Shown here: positions 1 to 7,432 of the stretch, one piece after another | Layout of the letters: the number at the start of each line of letters is the position of its first letter | How positions within the stretch are numbered: the stretch's first letter is position 1 | Virus record (IMG/VR): IMGVR_UViG_3300027973_000028 | Span: 32,001 to 96,000 of that record | Direction: 5' to 3' (one strand) | DNA length: 64,000 nt | From: a virus | Program-made: the position numbers and the translations under genes | Notes under the pieces: model-generated | What the model was told of the DNA's origin: nothing | Databases searched by the model: none | What the model saw: the letters and a program-made list of their open reading frames with translations, nothing else

Positions 1-664
1 CATCATACACCACATTGTAGCCACGATGACGTGCAAAATACGAACACCAAGTTTCTTCGTAGTAGTGAGGTGTTGGCAGGAACGCGCCCAATACTCCTGG
101 ATACATTCTTTGATATTCGCGATCACTTGTTAAACTAGTCCATACTGATCTTCTAATGAAGTAAGCGGACCCAGATACCGTGACACAATTTACCCTATCC
201 TTAAAAAGATTATCGTTTGGATCATGCTGCTTCCAACCCCTATGTTTTGGAGCCGTATTAGTCCCTACAATGCCAGCATGTGTTATGTAACCATTTTCGT
301 CTCTTTGTTTCGGGCCAAGAATATGTATATCTTGATTCTCATCAAATATTTTTTGAACATTTATTAGATCCTGAGTAGTAAGCCAAACATCTGCGTTCAA
401 TAAACAAATTATATCACCAGCTCCGTAAGTTGCCATCCCATTGCATGCAAGAGAATAGCCTATGTTTTGATTATTCCAACCTGCAGTTATCTTATATGTA
501 AGTCTATTTTCTTCTATCCAAGGCCAACTTCCGTCGGAAGATCCATTGTCTGATATGTAAAGATTCCATATCTTATTTTGTTCATTAAGATCACTATGAA
601 GTGAATCTAAAAAACGTTTAAGTAAATCTTTTGTATTGTAATTTACTACACATAAATCAATCAT
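1..664 (-). CDS. GT2-family glycosyltransferase (WbbL-like), truncated by the left window edge
   Basis: Not in the ORF track; translated by hand from ATG at 664: MIDLCVVNYNTKDLLKRFLDSL...YISDNGSSDGS...NIGYSLACN...ICLLNADVWL...VSGSAYFIRRS...YYEETW. These are the GT-A/GT2 motifs VNYN, DNGSxDG, NxG[YF] and LLNxD. The frame stays open to the window edge. Confidence 0.9.
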   Translation of the reverse strand, partial: MIDLCVVNYNTKDLLKRFLDSLHSDLNEQNKIWNLYISDNGSSDGSWPWIEENRLTYKITAGWNNQNIGYSLACNGMATYGAGDIICLLNADVWLTTQDLINVQKIFDENQDIHILGPKQRDENGYITHAGIVGTNTAPKHRGWKQHDPNDNLFKDRVNCVTVSGSAYFIRRSVWTSLTSDREYQRMYPGVLGAFLPTPHYYEETWCSYFARHRGYNVVYD

Positions 665-666
665 TT

Positions 667-909
667 TTACCAACTATCATCGTCATTGTTATTTTGCTTG
701 CTAATAAATTGATTTTCATTAATTGATTTTACAGCTTCTTCTTTAATGTGTAAAATATTTAATCTTTCTTTTTCATCTTTAACAACAGATAAATAATTTG
801 ATAATGCGTTTGATATAACAAGCATTTCATCTATTGTTGTTACCAGATACGTTTGACCTGATTCAAGTTTAATATTTATTTTTTTCTTTTCGTTTATTTT
901 TTTAGCCAT
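667..909 (-). CDS. hypothetical protein (80 aa)
   Basis: ORF with AGGA SD, tightly packed between its neighbours. Confidence 0.7.
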   Translation of the reverse strand: MAKKINEKKKINIKLESGQTYLVTTIDEMLVISNALSNYLSVVKDEKERLNILHIKEEAVKSINENQFISKQNNNDDDSW

Positions 910-914
910 TATTC

Positions 915-1157
915 CTACTTATTTTTAATTTTTACCTTTTTATCATCTAAATCAAAACCACCGATTTTATTTGGATCGTACCTATGAAGACATATGTTGT
1001 CGGTATCAGGTTCAAATGTAACAAAAAATATGTTTTTATCTTGATCCGTTAACCCGTCTGGGGCCGGAGATTCAATGGCTATTTTTGAAGAAGAGCATCC
1101 GTAAACTTGACTATGGTTTTTATATACTACAATATAATTTAACTTAGACGCTGGCAC
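915..1157 (-). CDS. hypothetical protein (80 aa)
   Basis: GTG start preceded by AAAGGT; same strand and operon spacing as neighbours. Confidence 0.7.
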   Translation of the reverse strand: MPASKLNYIVVYKNHSQVYGCSSSKIAIESPAPDGLTDQDKNIFFVTFEPDTDNICLHRYDPNKIGGFDLDDKKVKIKNK

Positions 1158-1199
1158 TTGTGTTTACCTTTACTGTTTTTATTTTTTTAAAAGATTTTT

Positions 1200-1370
1200 T
1201 CATAACAAAGAAAATATAATCAAACCAAATATTAATGGAGTAGCAAGAGCGAGTGAAACGGAAACTATTCTTGTTCTTTTGTCTTTAGATGTTTGATTAA
1301 GTATCTGCATAGCTATTGTCCAGTTCAAACAGACTGTCAATAATAAAGATAATAATAAATTTTTATACAT
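1200..1370 (-). CDS. small two-transmembrane protein (56 aa)
   Basis: Hand-translated: MYKNLLLSLLLTVCLNWTIAMQILNQTSKDKRTRIVSVSLALATPLIFGLIIFSLL*. The start overlaps the thyX end and has a TAGGTAG SD. Two hydrophobic segments flank a basic loop. Confidence 0.7.
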   Translation of the reverse strand: MYKNLLLSLLLTVCLNWTIAMQILNQTSKDKRTRIVSVSLALATPLIFGLIIFSLL

Positions 1371-2076
1371 AACTACCTAATAGACTTGATAGTGAAACCG
1401 GAAAGTGTGGACTTATTAAGTCTTTTACAGATTCCGCATACTCAGTTATTTCATGTTGAGCGTCTTCGGCCAATCTTTGATTCAAGAACAAAGCTATTGA
1501 CTGCAAGCTACAAGACCATCTATATACAACATGCATGGCGTACGCTGGCAGGAATAAACGCGCTTGCTCTGGAGCAGCTCCGTTATCCATCGCCAACCTA
1601 TATAAAGCTTCTCCCTGTTCAATATACTTCTTTAACTCTTCAGTCAAAATTGAACCAGTCCAAGGGTCTATGGGACCGCCAGATCCTTGTTTCTTGTTGT
1701 CTGGAGCAAGTCTCCATTCGTTTAATTTTGGTATATAAAATTCTGGTTCCATTGTCACGTATCTGCGTGACGATTCATTCCATGAATCCATTGTATGATC
1801 AGAGCCGACAACATATTTCCAATGTTGTCTAGCAACAAGCAACGGTGCCTTAAATTCAAATGTAGCGAATGCGTGCCTAAACGGAGACATGTGATTTTCT
1901 CTTGCAAGAAAATTTATTAGTCTAGCGTCGTCTGTCGACATTTGGGAACTTTCTTTTGCAAACGAAGCTCTTGCCGCATTTGCAACAGAAAGATCAGATC
2001 CCATAACATCAACTAATCTAACATAGCCATTATCTAAAACGACTATAGATTTTCCTATATTATTAGTATCTTCCAT
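1363..2076 (-). CDS. thyX: flavin-dependent thymidylate synthase ThyX
   Basis: Motifs VLDNGYVRLVDVMGSD, NAARAS, HMSPFRH, ARQ...WNESSRRY, APEQARLFLP and AQHEI. The ORF track starts at 2085; ATG 2076 is preferred because a -10 box lies 7 nt upstream of it. Confidence 0.95.
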   Translation of the reverse strand: MEDTNNIGKSIVVLDNGYVRLVDVMGSDLSVANAARASFAKESSQMSTDDARLINFLARENHMSPFRHAFATFEFKAPLLVARQHWKYVVGSDHTMDSWNESSRRYVTMEPEFYIPKLNEWRLAPDNKKQGSGGPIDPWTGSILTEELKKYIEQGEALYRLAMDNGAAPEQARLFLPAYAMHVVYRWSCSLQSIALFLNQRLAEDAQHEITEYAESVKDLISPHFPVSLSSLLGSYV

Positions 2077-2083
2077 AGGATAC

Positions 2084-2092
2084 ATTATACCA
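2084..2092 (-). promoter_or_regulatory. extended -10 promoter (TGGTATAAT), probably giving a leaderless thyX mRNA
   Basis: Minus strand reads GATGGTATAATGTATCCTATG: TGn plus TATAAT, then 7 nt to the ATG, with no SD. Confidence 0.6.
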
Positions 2093-2093
2093 T

Positions 2094-4205
2094 CTAATTG
2101 GCTTTTGAGTTATCCTTTATGAATTTAATTTCACAAGAATCAGTAGTACAGTATCTTTCACCAATTGCATCTGATGCCATCCCAGCATATACTCCAGTTA
2201 AATCTATAGCGAATAGCTTTGAAGTAGCATCCGTATATTCTTTTTCTGATATTTGAGTGTAAGGCATTTGTGGATAAGTATGGTTTCCGCTCGGCAAAAA
2301 TGACACCGTCTTTAATTGCCCGTCATACATATGGAGTACTGTACCTACGTGCTCAGATTCTGTATCTTTATCAAAAGATATTGTTACAGAAACAGAATTG
2401 TCAGACCAATATCTTTGGGCGGTTGCTGCTAAAGACATTTTTTCAAAAATTGTAACGTCACGCTCTGCTCTTTCTGCATCTGACTTAATCGGAAAGTATA
2501 CTACTGATGTTGTATCAGGAGATTCAGAAGCTGGCTCAACCGTATAGTTTGCCATTTTGAATAGAGGTAACATTGGGTCTTCGTTTGCGAACCTAATAGT
2601 TCTATTAAAATACTTTCCGCCTGGGGTCCAATGCACACCTGGTGATTCGCCTGCAAGAATTGAAACAGTTCCAGAGGGTTTAATAGTTGTCATTTTAATG
2701 GATTCTCTAATTCCCAACCACTCAGAGTAAACATTATCATAACGCTGGATAGTTCTATAGCCTTGGTCCATCCATTCGCGAAGAGCTGGGACTCCAACTC
2801 TATCGGCAAAGTTTGCTACGCCCGACATAGACGCACCTATTCTACGATTACGTTGCATGATGGCATTAGTCTCTTCCCAATGGGTTGGTAGCAGAGTCAC
2901 GGTCTTTGCATATAGGTAGGCAAACTTTAATGTGCGCTTATAGTCCTCTAGGCTGTCATGCCTATTGAGATAGGTCTCCACAAGCGTACAGCACTCGTAG
3001 GACTCTAGAGACTGCTCTGCACAGGGGTTATAGCCGGCTACTCTATGGTCCTTATTGTTTGGTGGATCAGCTAAGCGGCCGTATTTGCGAGACATGTCCA
3101 TCCATAGAACTCCAGGCTCACCGTTAAGAGATATACCCTCTACTATGCTGGAAAGATCTGCTCCGACCGCTGTTTCAACGGAGTTGTTAGACATCCAGCC
3201 CCATCCTGGAGCCGATGAATCATACGAGTTTCGGTCAGGGAATCTTTCTGAATTTTTTAAATTTAAGAAATCTTGATCGTCCAAGCGACCAATCAACAAT
3301 TCTGCTGATCGACGCACATTTCCAGACACAACGCATACACCTATAACGTTTCCGATGTCAGCTATATCTATACGAGTTAGCTTCTCTCCACTGCGTCCAG
3401 AAAACATTTTACGAATATGTTTATGTAGCTTTTCAAGTGGCTCGTGACCAGCAGCTACTCCACCAAATGTTTTAATGGGCGTGCCAGCTGGACGGATTAC
3501 GCTGTAGTCAAAATCAACTGCGTCTTGTTCTGGTTTTAGATATGAATTTAACAATAGAGCTGTTGAATCGACCCAGCCTTCTCTTGTATCAGGAATAACG
3601 ATTGGTTTAATTACCTCTAAGACCTTTGGCTTAAAGATCGTAAAATCTTTGTCGGCACCTTTGTCATCAAATCCTACACCAACACCCAACATTGAAGCTT
3701 CCATAAGAAATGCGAAAGGTTTTGCTGGGTTAAACTTATTCATTTCTGCGGTGGAAACAAAGGCGCAGTTTTGTAGAGCCGCCGAATTCTTTTGTATATT
3801 TACGATGTTTGTTCCCATAGCCCAAAGACCACGACCAGGTGGTGTCCATTTGAGGTTAAACAATCTATCAAATGCTTCCTTTGCAGAGGCTTGAGCCTTT
3901 GCATCATTCCATGGAAGGCGATTTTTTTTACAGTGATCTTTTTGGAGGGAGTACATTCCATTGATAACTCTTTCGCAAACATCAACCCACGTTTCTTTTG
4001 TGCCATCTTCCTTAAGTCTTGAGTAAGTGCGTAAAAAGGTTATTTCTCCAACAGAATTTCCAGCTGCATCCCTATAGCCAAATGGAACTACTTTATCTTT
4101 ATATCCAGTAACAAATTCATCTGTCAGTCTAAAAGAAAACATCGATGCCTGCTTTGGGGCGGCGTATGCTATATCTGGATTACCATTTTCTATCTCTAAT
4201 GACAT
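2094..4205 (-). CDS. nrdJ: class II (adenosylcobalamin-dependent) ribonucleotide reductase, monomeric RTPR type
   Basis: Motifs TFLRTYSR, PPGRGLW, LQNCAF, GVGVGFD, GNVRRSA, YNPCAEQSLE (NPCxE active site), TTIKPSGTVS and a C-terminal CTTDSC cysteine pair. No intein-sized insertion. Confidence 0.95.
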   Translation of the reverse strand: MSLEIENGNPDIAYAAPKQASMFSFRLTDEFVTGYKDKVVPFGYRDAAGNSVGEITFLRTYSRLKEDGTKETWVDVCERVINGMYSLQKDHCKKNRLPWNDAKAQASAKEAFDRLFNLKWTPPGRGLWAMGTNIVNIQKNSAALQNCAFVSTAEMNKFNPAKPFAFLMEASMLGVGVGFDDKGADKDFTIFKPKVLEVIKPIVIPDTREGWVDSTALLLNSYLKPEQDAVDFDYSVIRPAGTPIKTFGGVAAGHEPLEKLHKHIRKMFSGRSGEKLTRIDIADIGNVIGVCVVSGNVRRSAELLIGRLDDQDFLNLKNSERFPDRNSYDSSAPGWGWMSNNSVETAVGADLSSIVEGISLNGEPGVLWMDMSRKYGRLADPPNNKDHRVAGYNPCAEQSLESYECCTLVETYLNRHDSLEDYKRTLKFAYLYAKTVTLLPTHWEETNAIMQRNRRIGASMSGVANFADRVGVPALREWMDQGYRTIQRYDNVYSEWLGIRESIKMTTIKPSGTVSILAGESPGVHWTPGGKYFNRTIRFANEDPMLPLFKMANYTVEPASESPDTTSVVYFPIKSDAERAERDVTIFEKMSLAATAQRYWSDNSVSVTISFDKDTESEHVGTVLHMYDGQLKTVSFLPSGNHTYPQMPYTQISEKEYTDATSKLFAIDLTGVYAGMASDAIGERYCTTDSCEIKFIKDNSKAN

Positions 4206-4217
4206 TATATATATCTC

Positions 4218-4922
4218 CTATCTAAGTATAGTTATTTTTTTTACGTATTTTTGATTTAACTTTTGTAATTCTGTACTTTTTATTTTTATTATTTCATCGA
4301 TCTTATAAACTTTGTGTATTTCTTTTTCAAAAAAATAACCACTTCTCCAATTAAACACTTTGTTAACATTGCTTTTATGTTTGACAAACATATTACATAT
4401 TATAGCACCGCCATATGCTTTTACTAGATTAAAAAATTTTATCTCCAATTCTTTTGCGTTATCTTCATTCAAATCAGAAACTTCTTTTGCTCTATTATAA
4501 AGCCAATTAAATGCTTGTCTAGTTAATGGTGATACATCTATCGGGTCTACGACGCCTAACTTAATAATTTGATTTCTATCTTTTATGATTTTTATATCTT
4601 CTTTAATATTTTCTTTAAATAATTCAAACCAATCTCTTTCATTGAACTGTGTCCAAGCTGTACACCAAAACAAAAGTTTATCTGGAGGAGTAGGAATAGT
4701 AGTGCCCTCTAGTAGAGGTAGCATTGTTGCACAACTTATAGTTTTTTTTACAAAGGCTTTTCTTTGCTCTTCTGTAAGTCCTTTTGAACCAGACATTTTC
4801 CACAGTTTTTTTATGTGGCTATCCCAATCAGATGCACCTAAAAATAAATTTAAATATTTTTCTGCTGTATCAAAAGGTATCGTGTCTTCATTGATTACCT
4901 TTTCAAGAGCATCTAAATACAT
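4218..4922 (-). CDS. hypothetical protein (234 aa)
   Basis: Long ORF with AAGGA SD upstream of nrdJ; no recognisable motif. Confidence 0.8.
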   Translation of the reverse strand: MYLDALEKVINEDTIPFDTAEKYLNLFLGASDWDSHIKKLWKMSGSKGLTEEQRKAFVKKTISCATMLPLLEGTTIPTPPDKLLFWCTAWTQFNERDWFELFKENIKEDIKIIKDRNQIIKLGVVDPIDVSPLTRQAFNWLYNRAKEVSDLNEDNAKELEIKFFNLVKAYGGAIICNMFVKHKSNVNKVFNWRSGYFFEKEIHKVYKIDEIIKIKSTELQKLNQKYVKKITILR

Positions 4923-4971
4923 TTATAATCCTTAATAAAATACTCAAAACCTATAAAAATGATCCATATAA

Positions 4972-5007
4972 ACAGCAATCCCGCCTGGGATCAGACGGGA
5001 TTGTTGT
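4972..5007 (-). terminator. stem-loop; likely intrinsic terminator or 5' leader hairpin
   Basis: ACAACAATCCCGTCTG-ATCC-CAGGCGGGATTGCTGT followed by TTATAT, downstream of the 202-aa gene. Confidence 0.65.
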
Positions 5008-5011
5008 AGCC

Positions 5012-5029
5012 GTGCTATTAGTATAGCAC
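5012..5029 (-). promoter_or_regulatory. extended -10 (TGCTATACT) inside the inverted repeat GTGCTAT-ACTA-ATAGCAC
   Basis: A perfect 7-bp inverted repeat overlaps a TGnTATACT box upstream of the 234-aa/nrdJ genes. Confidence 0.45.
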
Positions 5030-5051
5030 AGAATATATTTTTCGGTGATGC

Positions 5052-5660
5052 TTACAATGCTTTTGCTGAGTCCAAACCTTTGTATTCCAGCACTTTGTTT
5101 CTGCCATATTCCGATTCTGTATTTGCTTGACCATAGCCTGAAGTGAATACTGCTGCACTTGTTACACCGTGAACATCATTTGGTCTAAAAACACCGAAGG
5201 ATGCTGGTGCGCCTTGAGCTTCTGTTCTTGCAGCGTGACCAGTGCTTGCAAATATATTTGCTGATGTAACACCATCAAATATATAGTTATTGTAACTATA
5301 GTCACTTACTCTATCGGCATGTCCGAAGCTAGAAGGAAACGCTGCTGCCCCTGCTAAGCCTTTAAATTCAAATGGCTTAAAGCGAGCTCCCTCATAGTCA
5401 GACCCATCTGCAAATGTACCTGCTAGTGGAGTTGTTCCAACATAAAGTGTCGAGCCAGTAAATAGTTGTGATAAAAGAACATTTCCTGGATGACGACCAG
5501 TGCCTGGGACATGATGATTGTCTGGAGCTCCATCCAAAAGACCCTTAGCAAATAGTGGGTAAAATGAATATGTGCCAGCCGTACCCTTGAATACGTTCAC
5601 CATATCTGCAGTAGAACGACCCTTCAATACTGGTCTTGGACCTACGTAAAAGGTTGCCAT
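5052..5660 (-). CDS. Gly/Ala-rich probable abundant virion protein (202 aa)
   Basis: Strong SD (AAGGAG), TACTATA motif upstream and hairpin downstream; composition resembles a structural protein. Confidence 0.6.
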   Translation of the reverse strand: MATFYVGPRPVLKGRSTADMVNVFKGTAGTYSFYPLFAKGLLDGAPDNHHVPGTGRHPGNVLLSQLFTGSTLYVGTTPLAGTFADGSDYEGARFKPFEFKGLAGAAAFPSSFGHADRVSDYSYNNYIFDGVTSANIFASTGHAARTEAQGAPASFGVFRPNDVHGVTSAAVFTSGYGQANTESEYGRNKVLEYKGLDSAKAL

Positions 5661-5700
5661 ATGAGATATCTCCTTATTGTATAATGCGGTTTACACTATC

Positions 5701-5707
5701 TATAGTA
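5701..5707 (-). promoter_or_regulatory. TACTATA putative late promoter element
   Basis: The same heptamer occurs in five intergenic regions, 26-48 nt upstream of start codons. Confidence 0.5.
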
Positions 5708-5730
5708 AAATGATTTTTGGTTTTTAACCA

Positions 5731-6990
5731 TTAATCATATTGAATTCTTAGATCACAAAGCACGGGTGCAGTTTTATCCTCTAACATGCTTAATGTAACC
5801 TCTATCCATACACTGGATGAAGCTCCTGGATTTGTAGTGCTGTAGTTTCCGGCATCGTCGTAAATAACCCTATAGCTAAAGGCATTTGACATCTGGCTCA
5901 AGGGAACATTATAGATTACTGGGTCTACACTAATTATATTATTAATTAAAGAACCGTCTGGAGGAGTAAACTTAATTATAGTTTTACCAGATGGCAAAAA
6001 TTTATCATATCTTACATCAAGATCAGAAAGGCCATATGTATATATATAATTTCCAGCCTCCTGCATATAGCTTCTCTGTACCATCTTAATTCTTATTGCT
6101 GTAATTTCTTTATCTGGGAAGTAAAAAGAAAGTGGGCCAGAGTTATATATGGTATCCGACCCAGAAACAAGCCATCCACCAGGTGGGACTTTGCCCACCG
6201 CTGTGCTAACTCCATTATAAAGAGAAGAAGAGTTTAATGGCAGCCAAGAGTCGGACTCTGTTAATGTTGGATTTAATTTTGTTGTATATTCTATTGAAGA
6301 AATATCGACTGAGTATACAGGAAATGGGTTAAATTTAATACAGTTTGTTTTTGTTGATCCAGTAAATTCAGATGGTATTTTTACGTAAAACATCATCTGA
6401 GCCCCGGAAGGAGAAGTGGACTGTGTAATTATATTACGTTTCCAAATTTTATCTGGATTATCTATTATTGCATTGAATGTTGGAGTGGTGTTGACTATGG
6501 CTCCAGCGGCGTCAACGCCTGCATAATTATTTTGTATAAATGTTTTAAAGAAATCTGGAATAACTTGAGAAGAAGAAGCACCGGAGGTGTGAAACTTTAA
6601 CTTTGAATTTGAAGATCCGCTAACCTTTGGAAGTGTTATTACATTATAGTATGGATCTAGGCTCAATAGATTTGTGGTAGAAATAGAAAAACTTGTTCCA
6701 ACAAAATTTACATAATCAAGCTGTGAGAAAGAATATATTGATAGGGTATTTGTTTCATTTTCAAGTGCCTCAACTCTATCGACAAGATCGTCAACTGCAC
6801 TAACTAGGTATGCTTGGTCCTTCAAGACTCTTTGAAATGCTTCAGAAAGTTTGTGATCAAGAATATTTGATTTATTATATAAGTATAAAAGATCTTTATA
6901 ATTTTCTTCAATTCTTTGATTGTATTCAGAGCTGTCTACTGGACCCCTATATTGCACATTTCTTTTCTGTGTATTAATTGAATCTGCCAT
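5731..6990 (-). CDS. virion structural protein (baseplate/fibre-associated, 419 aa)
   Basis: N-terminal YRGP..S..YN plus coiled coil, beta-rich body, and a C-terminal motif shared with neighbouring genes. Confidence 0.6.
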   Translation of the reverse strand: MADSINTQKRNVQYRGPVDSSEYNQRIEENYKDLLYLYNKSNILDHKLSEAFQRVLKDQAYLVSAVDDLVDRVEALENETNTLSIYSFSQLDYVNFVGTSFSISTTNLLSLDPYYNVITLPKVSGSSNSKLKFHTSGASSSQVIPDFFKTFIQNNYAGVDAAGAIVNTTPTFNAIIDNPDKIWKRNIITQSTSPSGAQMMFYVKIPSEFTGSTKTNCIKFNPFPVYSVDISSIEYTTKLNPTLTESDSWLPLNSSSLYNGVSTAVGKVPPGGWLVSGSDTIYNSGPLSFYFPDKEITAIRIKMVQRSYMQEAGNYIYTYGLSDLDVRYDKFLPSGKTIIKFTPPDGSLINNIISVDPVIYNVPLSQMSNAFSYRVIYDDAGNYSTTNPGASSSVWIEVTLSMLEDKTAPVLCDLRIQYD

Positions 6991-6991
6991 A

Positions 6992-7393
6992 TTAAATCCT
7001 ATTTTCTAAAAATTTTATTTTACTCTGAAGCCTAGATAATTTTCCTGTAATTTTTACAATATCATTTATACTTATACTAGACGCAATTGGCGTTGCGGCA
7101 TTACTCAATGAGTACGCAGTAACTCCTTCGGGTTCAACGTTTACCCCATCAACAAGCACTTCCTCTTCAACCAGGGAAAATATCTTACCATTAATGGCTA
7201 CAGAATAACTATCGCAAACTGCACCTATTGAATCCAATTGATTATTGATCCTATTGAAGTCGGCAAGTAAAGAATTGATTTCTAAATTTTCTTTTTTGCT
7301 ATTTCTAGTTCCTCTATATTTCTGTCTAAATCTAGAAAAAAGAGGTTCTATCAGTCTTTTCGTATGAGATTGTTTTGTGTAAGTTATTGGCAT
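6992..7393 (-). CDS. virion structural protein (133 aa)
   Basis: YRGTRNSKKEN N-terminus resembles that of the 419-aa neighbour; coiled-coil segments. Confidence 0.55.
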   Translation of the reverse strand: MPITYTKQSHTKRLIEPLFSRFRQKYRGTRNSKKENLEINSLLADFNRINNQLDSIGAVCDSYSVAINGKIFSLVEEEVLVDGVNVEPEGVTAYSLSNAATPIASSISINDIVKITGKLSRLQSKIKFLENRI

Positions 7394-7432
7394 TTAATTC
7401 TTCCTAATCAATTAGTACCAGAAACACTGGCT

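Noticed and set aside
2094-4205. Intein or intron in nrdJ
   Set aside because: The length and motif spacing fit an uninterrupted monomeric class II RNR; I saw no splice motifs or homing endonuclease.
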